From Chiloscyllium plagiosum (taxonomy: Eukaryota), in NCBI RefSeq assembly GCF_004010195.1, contig NC_057752.1, positions 5,141,535 to 5,205,534 on the forward strand: a stretch of DNA of 64,000 nucleotides, read 5' to 3'. A model generated the notes under the pieces. The model was not told the origin of the DNA. It saw nothing but the letters and a program-made list of their open reading frames with translations, and searched no databases. The position numbers and the translations under genes are program-made. Shown in pieces: positions 1 through 11,419 of the stretch; positions within the stretch are counted from its first letter, which is position 1; the number at the start of each line of letters is the position of its first letter.

Positions 1-2929
1 GATCAATCGGAGACTGGTACAGTTGGGAAAGGGAGCAAGTGAAACAGTCAGGGCAGGAAGGAACAAAGCAGAGAACAAGGTAGGACTGATTTAATAAACT
101 GCATTTATTTCAATGCAAGAGGCTCAACAGGGAAGGCAGATGAACTCAGGGCATGGCTAGGAACATGGGACTGGGATATCATAGCAATTACAGAAACACG
201 GCTCAGGGATGGACAGGACTGGCAACTTCATGTTCCAGGATACAAATGCTACAGGAAGGATAGAAAGGGAGGCAAGAAAGGAGGGCGGATGGCGTTTTTG
301 GTAAGAGATAGTGTTACAGCTGTACTGAGGGAGGATATTCCTTGGAATAAATCCAGGGAAGTTAGTTGGGTGGAACTGAGAAATAAGAAAGGGATGATCA
401 CCTTATTGAAATTGTTTTATGGACCCCCTAATAGTCAGAGGGAAATTGACAAACAAATTTGTAAGGAGATTTCAGTTATCTGTAAGAATAATAGAGTGAT
501 TATGGTAGGGGATTTTAACTGACCAAACGGAGACTGGGACTGCCATAGTGTTAAGGGTTTAGATGGAGAGGAATTTGTTAAGTGTGTACAAGAAAATTTT
601 CTGATTCAGTATGTGGATGTACCTATTAGGGAAGGTGCAAAACTTGACCTACTCTTGGGAAATAAGGCAGGGCAGGTGACTGAGGTGTCAGTGGGGGAGC
701 ACTTTGGGGACAGTGATCGTAATTCTATCACTTTGGGGACAGTGATCGTAATGATGGAAAAAGATAGACCAGATCTAAAAGTTGAAGTTCTAAATTGGTG
801 GAAGGCTAATTTTGACGGTATTAGGCAAAAACTTTCAAAAGCTGATTGGGGGCATGTGTTCGCAGGTAAAGGGACGGCTGGAAAATGGGAAGCCTTCAGA
901 AATGAGATAACGAGAATCCAGACACAGTGTGTACCTGTTAGGTTGAAAGGAAAGGCTGGTAGGTATAGGGAATGCTGGAAGACTAGAGATATTGAGAGTT
1001 TGGTTAAGGAAAAGAAGGAAGCATATGTAAGGTATAGACAGGATAGATCGAGTGAATCCTTAGAAGAGTATAAAGGCAGTAGGAATGTACTTAAGAGGGA
1101 AATCAGGAGGGCAAAAAAGGGACATGAGATAGCTTTGGCAAATAGAGTTAAGGAGAATCCAAAGGGTCTTTACAAATATATTAATGACAAAAGGGTAACT
1201 AGGGAGAGAATAGGGCCCCTCAAAGATCAGCAAGGTGGCCTTTGTGTGGAGCCACAGGAGGCGGGTGAAATATTAAACGAGTATTTTGCAACAGTGTTTA
1301 CTGTCGAGAAGGTCGTGGAAGATATAGAATGTAGGGAAATAGATGGTGACATTTTGAAAAATGTTCATATTACACAGGAGGTGGTGCTGGATGTCTTGTA
1401 ACGCATAAAAGTGGATAAATCCCCAGGACCTGATCAGGTGTACCCTAGCACTCTGTGGGAAGCTGGAGAAGTGATTGCTGGGCCCCTTGCTGAGATATTT
1501 GTATCATCGATAGTCACAGGTGAGGCGCTGGAAGACTGGAGGTTGACTAACATGGTACCACTGTTTTAGAAAGGAGGTAAGGACAAACCAGGCAACTATA
1601 GACCAGTGCGCCTGATGTCGGTGGTGGGCAAGTTGTTGGAGGGAATCCTGAGGGTCAGGTTTTACACGTATTTGGAAAGGCAAGGACTGATTAGGGATAG
1701 TTAGCATGGCTTTGTGCATGTGAAATCATGTCTCACAAACTTGATTGAGTTATTGAAGAAGTAACAAAGAGGATTGATGAGGGTAGAGCAGTGGATGTGA
1801 TCTAAATGGACTTCAGTAAGGTGTTCGACAAGGTTCCCCATGGGAGACTGGCTAGTAAGGTTAGATCTCATGGAATGCAGGGAGAACTAGCCATTTAGAT
1901 AGCCATTTAGATAGAGGGTGGTGGTCTAGTGTTGTTTTTCAGACTGAAGGCTTGTGACCAGTCGAGTGCCACAAGGATCGGTGCTGGGTCCATTACTTTT
2001 CATCATTTATATAAATGATTTAGATGTGACATTAGAGGTATAGTTAGTAAGTTTGCTGATGACACCAAAATTGGATGTGTAGTAGACAGTGAAGAAGTTG
2101 ACCTCAGATTACAATGGAGTTTAATTTAGATAAATGTGAGGTGCTGCATTTTGGGAAAGCAAATCTTAGCAGGACTGATACACTGAATGGTAAGGTCCTG
2201 GGAAGTGTTGCTGAACAAAGAGACCTTGGAGTGCAGGCTCACAGCTCCTTGAAAGTAGAGTTGCTGGTAGATAGGATAGTGAAGAAGGCATTTGGTTTAC
2301 TTTCCTTTATTGGTCAGAGTATTGAGTATAGGGGGTTGGGAGGTCATGTTGCAGCCATTCAGGATGTTGGTTAGGCCACTTTTAGAATATTGCATGCAAT
2401 TCTGGTCTCCTTCCTATTGGAAAGATGTTGTGAAACTTGAAAGGGTTCAGAAAAGATTTACAAGGATGTTGCCAAGGTTGGAGGATTTAAGCTATAGGGA
2501 GAGGCTGAATAGGCTGGGGCTGTTTTCCCTGGAGCGTCGGAGGCTGAGGGGTGAACTTATAGAGGTTTATAAGATCATGAGGGGCATGGATATGATAAAT
2601 AGACAAAGTCTTTTCCCTGTGGTGGGGGAGTCCAGAACTAGAGGGCATAGTTTTAGGGTAAGAGGGGAAAAATATAAAAGGGATCTTACGGGCAACATTT
2701 TCATGCAGAGGGTGGTGTGTGTATGGAATGAGCTGCCAGAGGAAGTGGTGGAGGCTGGTACAATTGCAACATTTAAAAGGCGTCTGGATGGGTATATGAA
2801 TAGGAAGGGTTTGGGGGGGATATGGGTCGGGTGCTGGCAGGTGGGACTAGATTAGGTTGGGATATCTGGTCGGCATTGACGGGTTGGACTGAAGGGTCTG
2901 TTTCCGTGCTAGACATCTGTATGACTCTG
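1..2929 (+). mobile_element. CR1-clade LINE (HER1-like), near-complete ORF2 region (APE endonuclease + reverse transcriptase), inactivated
   Basis: Endonuclease motifs (IIAITET near 177-200, MVGDFN ~501-519, LDLLLGN), KSPGPD near 1416, RT motif KFADDTK at 2049-2069, CR1 C-terminus (LEYCMQFWSP...LFSLERRRLRG...VWNELPEEVV), and a 3' tail ending tatgactct. Multiple stops, frameshifts and internal deletions. Continues off the left edge. Confidence 0.95.
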
Positions 2930-4084
2930 AGCCAAACATAAGCAGTTTTTGGGCATGCTAGTTTCTGCAGCACAAATTCTGTTTTACACTTCGGTTTTGA
3001 TTCCTGTCTCGATGCTTCGGTGTTTTTTGACTTCTGATACTTTGTCTCCCCATTTCCTTCTCTCCTATCTCCAATTTCAAGGGGATAGTAAGCTAAGTGT
3101 AACTTTGTTTATGTGGCTAGATTCAGAAGATCATATCTTGACAAATTACCTGGTCTGGTATTATATTATTCAGTGGCTATTTCAGATTTCTCCTTCTCAG
3201 ATGGCACCAGCCAAGCTGATCAATATTAATGCCTTTCATATTGCACCCTGCAATCAATGCCACCCTCTGGTTGTCCAGACATCCCCATGATCAGTGCTTT
3301 TTAAGGTTATGGCAGAATCATGAATGGGAGTGGAGGCACAGAAGTCTACAGCACAGAGAAAGGCCCTTTGGTGCATCAAGTCTGCACAGGTCCAAAACAA
3401 CCATCTTCCCAATACGGAATATTGTTGAACTTAGAGTTTGCTAATTGAATATTTTGAAAGCGTTAGTGGTTGAATTTGATTAGAAATAAGCATGAATTTT
3501 GTTCAGTTTGAAAAATCTAATTTAGCTTCAAATAGTTAATAATTCAAAGATTGATATATTAAAAAAAAGCTCTGCAAGAATGAGATTTTTAAAATCTCTT
3601 TCCTGAAACATTAAATAACTCAAAGTGTCTATTCTGATCTTTAAAAATTAATGTTTCAAGTGTCTTAAATTAGCTTGGTTTACTGAATGTTGCAATCATA
3701 TCTGGTCTATATGCAAAGTATTGATCATTTAATTTTATTAAAGGTTATTGAAACTCTTGTGAAGAAGTATGGTGCCATTAGCCTCATCCTTTCATTTAAT
3801 CTTACACTTCTCCTATTTCAGTGTCTAACTTGAACAAGGTGGTTTGTTGCGTTAACTTAACTACTCAGAAATCATTTCCAGGTCCTTCTCACTCATTTTT
3901 GTAGCATACATCCTAAATTTCATCCTGAGCTCCCCTTTAATCAGTTGGTACCTAGCACCTCGCACCCTGCAGTTGTGATTTAACTTGAAATTAACCTTTT
4001 TTATTCCATTAACCTTTTCCAATCCATTTAGTATTTTACCTCACATCTCTTAAAATATTCATATCAAAATGTATAAAAATGCAT

Positions 4085-4400
4085 TTTCATTTGATTTATT
4101 GTTGTCAGATATACTGAGATACAGTGAAAAGTATTGTTTTGTATGCTAACCTGACAAATTTTACTTTACCTAAATATATCAGGGTAATAGAACAGAATGC
4201 AGAATATAGTGTGAAAGCTCCAGAGAAGGTGCAGACAAAGATCAACATATGAGAGGTTGGTTCATAAGTCTGATTACAGTGAGGAAGAAGCTATTCTTAA
4301 ATGTGATGGTATATGTTGTCAAACCTATGTATCTTTTGCCCGATGGAAAAGGGTGGAAGAGAATGTAACTGGGGTGGGAGGGGTCTTTGATTATGCTGCA
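4085..4400 (-). mobile_element. 3' end of a Rex1/Babar-type LINE
   Basis: Minus-strand translation SIIKDPSHPSYILFHPFPSGKRY...FKNSFFLTVIRLMN matches the typical Rex1/Babar RT C-terminus, followed by a 3' UTR ending AATAAATCAAATGAAA. Confidence 0.75.
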
Positions 4401-5224
4401 ACTACAGTCAGATGTTTATGCCCCAGACAAAACACTCAAACCCATCACATTGGCTAGTCTCAGTCTCTGGAGGCATTGTGGATTACAAAGAACAGAAAAA
4501 GCTTCATGCAGACCTTGTAATCCCAGTGGATCTAAAGTTTAAGATAGACAGTAAGGTTCACTGACCATGGGTTATTAAGGATACCTGGAGGCAAACAGCT
4601 TCTGTTTTCTCGTCAGGTTGAGTAACTACAGGCTGCTTATGGTATCAGGAAGCAGTAACATTAGTTTCTGCTCACAAAGCTAATCAAACAGAATGTCTTG
4701 ACCTTGTCTGTATCCCAGATTTAATATCCTAATTGATTTACAGAGGTTAACAGGAAAGCAGTTTAACACTAATTGTTATGTATTCTCCCTCTACTCTCTA
4801 GTAGTTAATGCAGGCCACAGAAGTTTCAATAGATATATCTTTTCTAAATTAAAAAAAAGACTTGCCGTCAAGTTAAAAACGGGAACACAACACTCAAAAC
4901 TGTATAAAATGGTTGATGAATTTTAGTCTCTTGAATTGTTTGATTAAAGCTATTCTAGAGATGCACAATCAGTGCAAAATTAGTGGTTAATTTTTAATTA
5001 ACATTTTGGTGGCCTAAGAATTCTTTATTTGAAGGGCTGCTTCATTTACTCTCAACAACTATTTAGATGTTTGGTAATTGATAGGATATGATTCGTCTGT
5101 TTGCAGACTGATCTCAAACATTATTTTAAGCAGTTTATACCTCACCACACACTTCAAGAAAAAGACAGTTGTCAGGTCCAACCTGAAATATCAACTTATT
5201 GCTTTCTTTCGGTTGCGAACAGAG

Positions 5225-5630
5225 TGTCTTGGCTCTGTTGTTTGCACTTGCTTTTGAGTCAGAAGGTCGTGGATTTAAATTCCCACTCCAGATAATCTAG
5301 TCTGAGTCTTCAGTGCAGTACTGAGAGAGTGCTGCATTGTTGAAAATGCCATCTTTTGGACAAGATGTGAAACCAAGACTCTTATCTGCTTGCTGGGGAA
5401 GACATAAAATCTGCTATATGGCACTATTTGGAAAAGAAGAGGGGGATTGTCCTGATTACATCTTCCTTCAATTGACACCACACAACTTTTTATAATCTTA
5501 TTTTTGTGGAATCTTTCTGTGTGTAACACAGCTTTGCAATAATGTCAACCACTGCTCTTCAATCAGTTCATTGCAAGTAGAATACTTTAGATACTTGGAA
5601 GAGATGTAACAAAATGAAACATTTCATCTT
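5225..5630 (+). mobile_element. Deu-domain SINE (SacSINE1/AmnSINE1-like), decayed
   Basis: tRNA-like head (gagtcagaaggtcgtggatttaaattcccactcc) followed by Deu-like core gcagtactgagagagtgctgcattgttgaaaatgccatcttttggacaagatgtgaaacc. Related copies at ~19430, 23235 and 63335. Confidence 0.7.
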
Positions 5631-5687
5631 TGTTTCTTGGATGCTACAAACCTGCTATGGATTTCCTGCACTTTTCGTTTTTACTTC

Positions 5688-5800
5688 TCTAGTGATTGTA
5701 ACAAGGTCAGCCAAGTTGACCTCATAGAATCTCAGTTTCCTGATTGGGACTGTTAATCTGGTCCAATCAGGGAGCCCTGGCTGACAGATATAAACAGGAG
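5688..5800 (+). repeat. Gypsy 5' LTR, left half (CCAAT box and TATA box)
   Basis: Begins t(c)tagtgattgtaacaaggtcagcc, as do the LTR copies at 13917 and 54822. Contains ccaatc (5763-5768) and gatataaa (5787-5794). Confidence 0.85.
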
Positions 5801-7578
5801 ATTTAGCATCCTCACAGTTTAGGGGACTGACTCTGTGCTGGCTGGTACTATGGTCAGTATATTGCTGTTGCAGGTGGTTTCTGCTCCTTTTTTTCTGGGG
5901 TGGAAACCTGATTCCTGAACTGGCTGAATTATTTAGCCAGTTTGTTAACTGGCATTCCTTTAGTGAGGACTGATTGTTAAACTTCTGATGCACATAATGT
6001 GTTTCAGGTGTAGCTCAGTTCTTGTTAGAGGACTGTTGTTTCACTGGCTGGTTACAGCCTGTGTGTTACTCTTTGTCCTTTTCTCAAAAAAAGAGAAATG
6101 TTAATTTTGTGGTAGGGCTTAGCCCTTGGACTCTAGCTTTTTTTTTGTATGTGTCTTCACTTTTTATTGCTGTTTTGACTGAGCCCTTGTGGAAGACATG
6201 CATTTTACCAGAGGAGCTGTTCCTGTGGGGGGGGCCTAGCCCTGGGACTGGGCCTCTGAAGACTGAATGTGTGTGTGTGTGTGCTGGGAGGTGAGCACTT
6301 GCTGTATCCTGGAGTTTGGGAGAAGACCTTTCCTTCAGGAGTGGACCAAACCCCTGTGAGTTAACTGCACCTGTACTATGTTCCTGTGAGTGGGCCTGGT
6401 TTTCCAAGGCTGGGCCAGGACTCCATGAAGACTTAACACCTGTGTTGTGGGATGTGCATTTGCTGCCTTCAGGAGTGGAATCTGCCCTTGGTTGCGGACT
6501 CTGTTTTTAGCAATGGACTCTGCAGTTTGGAGTGGACTCTCATTCCGATGATGCACATTGTATACTGGAGTGGACTCTGTTTCTGGAAATAGACTCTATA
6601 TATTTTGAAGACTCTATAGATTTGGACTGTGTACCAGAAAGGATTTTTCTTTTGGTAATTAACTGTATTGTGGTGTTTCCTGGGTCTATCACCTGCACTG
6701 TCTTGTGTCCCTGGGTCTGGGAGGCTCATGGGTTGTCCTAAAAGCTATCACCCTGAGAGCCGGAGGGTGGGTAGGCCATCCTGTGAACCTGAAGGTTGGT
6801 AGGCTGTCCTGAAAGTTGGAGGGTGGGTAGGCCACCCTGATGCCAGTTGCCCTGAGAGCCAGATGTTGGGTAGGCCGTTCTGAGCGCTGTTGTCCCGAGA
6901 AGGGGTAATCGGGACGGCTGTCCTAGAGGTGGTCGAAAGGTCAGAGCAGCCGAGAGCCAGAAGATGTGTAGGGGCGGGCTGAGATCCGGAAGGATTGTGG
7001 GCTACCCTGCACACTGTTGTCCCAGGGAAGGGGGATGGGCTGCCCTAGAGATGGTTGAAAGGTGTGCCAGGATAGCCCACTGGCCGGATGGTGCATCGGG
7101 GTGGGTGAGAGCCCAATGGTATGTAGGGGCAGACTGAGAGCCAGAAGGTGGGTAGCCGTCCTCAGTACTGTCACCCCAGGCAGGTACCGGGGTGGGCTGA
7201 CCCAGAGGTGGTCGAAAGGTGTCAGGGTGGACCGAGAACTGGAAGGGGCATGGGGTGGACTGAGAGCCGGAAGGTGGGTAGGGGCGGGCTGCCTTAGTGG
7301 TCGGAAGGTGGGAGGGGTGGGGGCTTGCTGGGTCTGTGTTGTCTGCACGTTTGTATGTAACAGTATTGACTAATGTACAAATGTCACTGTTACTGTCTTG
7401 TCCTATGTGGAACTGGGATTTGAGGTTTGTTCTCATCACTGTAAAATGGTTGAACGGTAGGGTTTTGGGTCTAGTTTTGCTGCTCCTCTCCCTTGTAAAA
7501 GTGCTGTCTCTTGTGTACAGCTGTAACAGTTTTTTGTAAACTTTTGTAATTTAATAAAATATTTTTTAAAAACAGGAG
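5801..7578 (+). mobile_element. Non-coding poly(A)-type element, unit 1 (putative non-autonomous Tx1/L1-like retroelement)
   Basis: Colinear with unit 2 (7579-9288). Starts atttagcatcctcacagtttaggggactgact and ends in a T-rich tract, aataaaatattttttaaa, then a repeat of the upstream target aacaggag. No long ORF. Confidence 0.7.
6750..7320 (+). repeat. G-rich degenerate tandem array inside unit 1
   Basis: Recurring motif like ctgagagcc(g/a)gaaggtgggtagg at ~28-bp spacing, with a longer superimposed repeat (ctgt..tccc...gggctg.cctagaggtggtcgaaaggt) three times. Confidence 0.8.
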
Positions 7579-9288
7579 ATTTAGAATCCCCACAGTTTAG
7601 GGGACTGACTGTTGGCTGGGCCATGTGTTACTGCTGTTGGTTTTTTTTTGGGAGAACCTGATCCTAAACTGGCATTCTTATTCAGGATGGGTTTCTAAAC
7701 TGCCTGATCTACAGTCAATGTGTTTCAGGTCTAACTCCGTTCTCATTAGGGAACTGTTGGTTCACTGGCTGGTGACAGCCTGTTACGCTTTTTCTTTTAC
7801 TTTGAGAAAAGGACAATGCTAATTTTTTGGCAGGGCTTAGCCCTTGCACTCTAGTTTTTTTATGTTTTCACTTTTTTGGTTTGAGCCCCTGTGATAAAAT
7901 GTACCTTTCCAGATGAGCTGTTCCTGGGTAGGCCTGGCCCTTTGTCAGTGGACTAGGCCTCTGTAAAAACTGAACACATGTGTGTGCTGGAAGGTGAGCA
8001 TTTGCAGTGTCCCGGAGTTCAGGAGTGGACTGAACCTCTGTGAGTTAACTGCGCCTTCACAATGTACTGTGTTCCTGTGAGTTGGCCTGGTTCTCTGTGG
8101 ATAAACCAGGCCTCTGTGGAAACTGAACATCTGTGTGTGCTGTGGGGTGTGTATTTGCTGCCTTCAGGAGTGGACTCTGCATGCTGGAGTGGGTTCTGCC
8201 TTTGCTTGTGGACTCTATCCCTAAATGCATTCTCTCCACTGGAGTGGACTCCATTCCTGGGAATGGACTCTACATTCTGAAGAGAACGGTTTATGGTAAT
8301 GGACTCTGTACCAGAAAGGACTCCATTTGTTGGTAATTGACTGTCTTTTTGCTTGTTGGGATTATCACCTGCACTGCCTTGTCCATCCCTGGGTCTGGCA
8401 GGCCTTACTGTGAGTTGGGAGGCTCATAGGTCATCCCAAAAGCTGTCACTGAGGGGCAGAGTGTGGTTGGGCTGCTCTGATGCTGGTTGCCCCGAGAGCT
8501 GGAAGGTGGGTAGGCCATTGAGTGCTGTCGTCCTGAGAAGGGGTAATCTGGATGGGCTGTCCTGGATGTGGCTGATAGATGTCGGAGCAGTTGAGAGCCA
8601 GAAGGTGCATCAGAGTAGACTGAGATCTGGAAGGCTTGTGGGCTGCCCTGTGCACCCTCGTCCCAGGGAGAGGGATGGGCTGTCCTAGAAGTGGCCAGAA
8701 GGTGTCTGGGAAGTCCACAGGCCAAATGGTGCATCGGGTGGGCAAGAGCCAGATGGTATGTAGGGGCAGACAGCTGAGGGTGGGTAGGTAGTCCTTAATA
8801 CTGTCATCCCAGCAGGTACCAGGCTGGGCTGTCTTAGAGGTGGCCGGAGGGTGTGAGAGGCTGGTTAGGGAAGTTGGAAGGTGGGTAGGCTGTCCTGATT
8901 GCTGTCGTCTTGGAATGTGGGGAAAAAGAATGGGCTGTCCTAGAGGTGGCTGGAAGGTGTCAGGATGGACAGAACCGGAAGGGGCCGAGGGGCAGGCTGC
9001 CTTTGAGTGGCCGGAAGGTGGGAGGGACAGGTGGTTTGCTGAGTTGTCAGGGGTGTCTGTGACATATGCACTGTTCGGTTTATCAGACTGTGTACATGAT
9101 TGCATTGACTTGATTGATGTAAGGTGGGGTTTGAGGTTTGTCCTTGTTTCCCTGTGAACTGATTTGTATAGTGGGGTCTGGCTTTGCTGCCCCTTTCCCT
9201 TGTAAATTGCTGTTTCTTGTATATAGCTGTTAATGTTAACTGTTTGTAATTTGTACTTTTTAATAAAATATATAAAAAAACCCAGGAG
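7579..9288 (+). mobile_element. Non-coding poly(A)-type element, unit 2
   Basis: Starts atttagaatccccacagtttaggggactgact and ends aataaaatatataaaaaaac + ccaggag, after which the Gypsy LTR resumes. Same internal order as unit 1 but with many substitutions and indels. Confidence 0.7.
8440..9025 (+). repeat. G-rich degenerate tandem array inside unit 2
   Basis: Same gagagc(c/t)(a/g)gaaggtgggtagg-type motifs as at 6750-7320. Confidence 0.75.
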
Positions 9289-9423
9289 TGTCTGAGGTTC
9301 TGTTCACTCAAAGCTGGAGGTCTAAGGAAGCTGGATCAGTGTCAAGTACTCCACATGAGTAAATAAAGGGGGACTTGGTGACAGGATAACAGCCTCTGTA
9401 GAACATTTCCAGTGGTGATGAGG
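9289..9423 (+). repeat. Gypsy 5' LTR, right half, plus primer-binding site
   Basis: AATAAA at 9362-9367, LTR ends ...tttcCA at 9411, followed by g-tggtgatgagg (PBS-like) and then gag. Confidence 0.8.
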
Positions 9424-9493
9424 GAAAAATATGCTCCTGAAGACATTTGCTCACAACAGTCACCTTTTGAGTTGGGGTAAACATTTCTGACAT

Positions 9494-10440
9494 TATGCTG
9501 TTAACTTATTTGATCCTGCTGTTGAAGACTGGGCCTAGTATGTGGAAAGAATGTTATTTTTTTTTGGGCAAATGACATTGGAGTAGATGACAAGCACTGG
9601 CATCTCCAAATCGTGAGAAGCAATGAGTAATTCTCCTGACAGCTTGTGGACCAGCAGCTTTTTCGGTTACTAGGAGCCTAACATTTCCTGAGGCACCAGA
9701 CTAACTTTTTCAAGAGTTGATACGTTTAAGAAATATTACAACCCCAAGCCGCCTCTAATAGTGAGACGCAATCGGTTTTACTTGGCAGTTTGAGAACTGA
9801 AGAATCCACATTGGGATTTTTGAGGTTAATATTGATTAGATTTGATTCCCTTCGGCCTAACAAGTCCACACCGACCCTCCAAAGAGCAACCCACCCAGAC
9901 CCATTCCCCTACACCTAACATTACAGGCAATTTAGCACCTAACTTGCACATCTTTGGATGGTGGGAGGAAACCAGAGCACCCAGAGAAAACCCACGCAGA
10001 CATGGGAAGGATGTGCAAATTCCACACACAGTTGCCTGAGGTGGGAATTGAACCTGGGTTCCTGGTGCTGAGGCAGCAGTGCTAACCACTGAGCCACCGT
10101 GCTGCCCTGGCAGAGGCACGTGACTTCAGTTTAACTTATAATGAGATGCTGAGAGACTTTGTTTGGTATGTAGGATTAATGATGTAACCATGCAAAAGTG
10201 CCTATTAGCTGAAGCTCAACTGGACTTCAAACAGATATTGCAACTGGCATTATTAGAAAATGCAATCAGTGGAGCATGGGAGCTACAGGGTATCCTGATT
10301 GAAGTGGACACTCTCGCCACACCAACTGAGCTCAGGGAATACCAAATGAGTGAGGGCAATTGCATAGCCTCATTCAGGACATATCCTGAATAGAGGGGCT
10401 CTAGGTCAGCCCAAAACAAAGCCAAGCATCAGCCAAACAG
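9494..10440 (+). pseudogene. Gypsy gag remnant, interrupted by an HE1 SINE
   Basis: FDPAVEDWA*YVERM...ANDI near 9509-9580, and LVCRINDVTMQKCLLAEAQLDFKQ (ORF 10163-10393), typical of fish Gypsy gag. Frameshifted. Confidence 0.8.
9832..10107 (-). mobile_element. HE1-type V-SINE
   Basis: Minus strand reads gggcagcacggtggctcagtggttagcactgctgcctca (tRNA A/B boxes), the V-domain tgtgtggaatttgcacatcc...gtttcctcccac, and a (TCTAA)-like tail. Confidence 0.92.
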
Positions 10441-10501
10441 TAAAAATTTTCAGGTGCCAGGCCGGCAAGCCATTATGGTTGCTGCCAGTAGGGGGACTTC
10501 A

Positions 10502-11282
10502 AATCATTGAGATGGAGAGCACAGAAACAGACCCTTCAACCCAACTCGTCCATGCTGACCAGATATCCTAAATTAATCCAGCCCTGTTTGCCAGCACCTG
10601 GCCCATATCACGCTCAACCCTTCCTATTTATATTCATCCAGATGCCTTTTAAATGTTGCAATTGTACCAGCCTCCTCCACTTCCTCTGGCAGCTTGTTCC
10701 ATACTCACACCACCCTCGGTGTAAAATAATTTGTTCCTTGGGTCCCTTTTAAATCTTTTCCCTCTTATGTTAAACCTATGCCCTTGAAGTTTGGACTCTG
10801 CCACCCTAGGAGAAAGACCTTGTCACCCTTCAGCCTCTGCCACTGCAAGGAAAACAGCCCCAGCCTATTCAGCCTCTCCCTATAGCTCAAACCCTCCAAC
10901 CCTGGCAACATTCTTGTAAATCTTTTCTGCACCCTTTCAAGTTTCATAACCTCCTTCCTATAGGAGGGAGACCAGAATTGCACACAGTATTCCAAAAGTG
11001 GCCTAACCAACATCCTGGGTACAGCCTCAACAGGGCCTCCCACCTCCTGTACTCAATACACTGACCAATAAAGGAAAGCATACCAAATACTTTCTTCACT
11101 ATCCTTTCTCCACTTTCAAGGAACTATGAACCTGCACTCCAAGGTCTCTGTTCAATAACACTCCCCAGGACCTTATACACTTAATGGTAAGTCCTGCTCT
11201 GATATACCTTTCTAAAATGCAGCACTTCTCTAAATTAAACTCCATCTGCCACTTCTCGGCCCCTTGGCCCATCTGATCAAGA
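10502..11282 (-). mobile_element. 5'-truncated CR1 LINE fragment inserted between gag and pol
   Basis: ORF 10765-11043 (LEYCVQFWSPSYRKEVMKLERVQKRFTRMLPGLEGLSYRERL). Same family as the element at 1-2929. Confidence 0.93.
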
Positions 11283-11419
11283 CTCGAGACCCGCTGGACC
11301 TAAATGGAGTACGAGAACTCATAGGCCAGTATCCAGGAGAGTGTGCACCCTGGAAAGTCCACCTATATCTGGTTTGGAAGAGTTAAGTTGCTGAACAACA
11401 TCCAAATCAGAATCAATCA

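Noticed and set aside
702..751. Local 21-bp duplication (ctttggggacagtgatcgtaa) in the CR1, and a similar short duplication at ~1888-1912
   Set aside because: Ordinary slippage or repair scars in a dead LINE, with no sign of function.
5119..5165. YFKQFIPHHTLQ in ORF 5101-5295 resembles the hedgehog exon 1 motif YKQFIPNV.EKTLG
   Set aside because: No upstream signal peptide or CGPGR and no downstream ASGR.EGKI...NYNPDIIFKDEE. Treated as a chance five-residue match.
6470..6630. Short gtggactct repeats with variable spacers, superficially CRISPR-like
   Set aside because: Vertebrate DNA, repeats only ~9-12 bp and degenerate, irregular short spacers, no cas genes.
6748..9311. Cluster of overlapping 90-220 aa Pro/Ser/Gly-rich ORFs on both strands
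   Set aside because: They arise from the GC-rich tandem arrays, are not preserved in frame between the two units, and show no recognisable domain.
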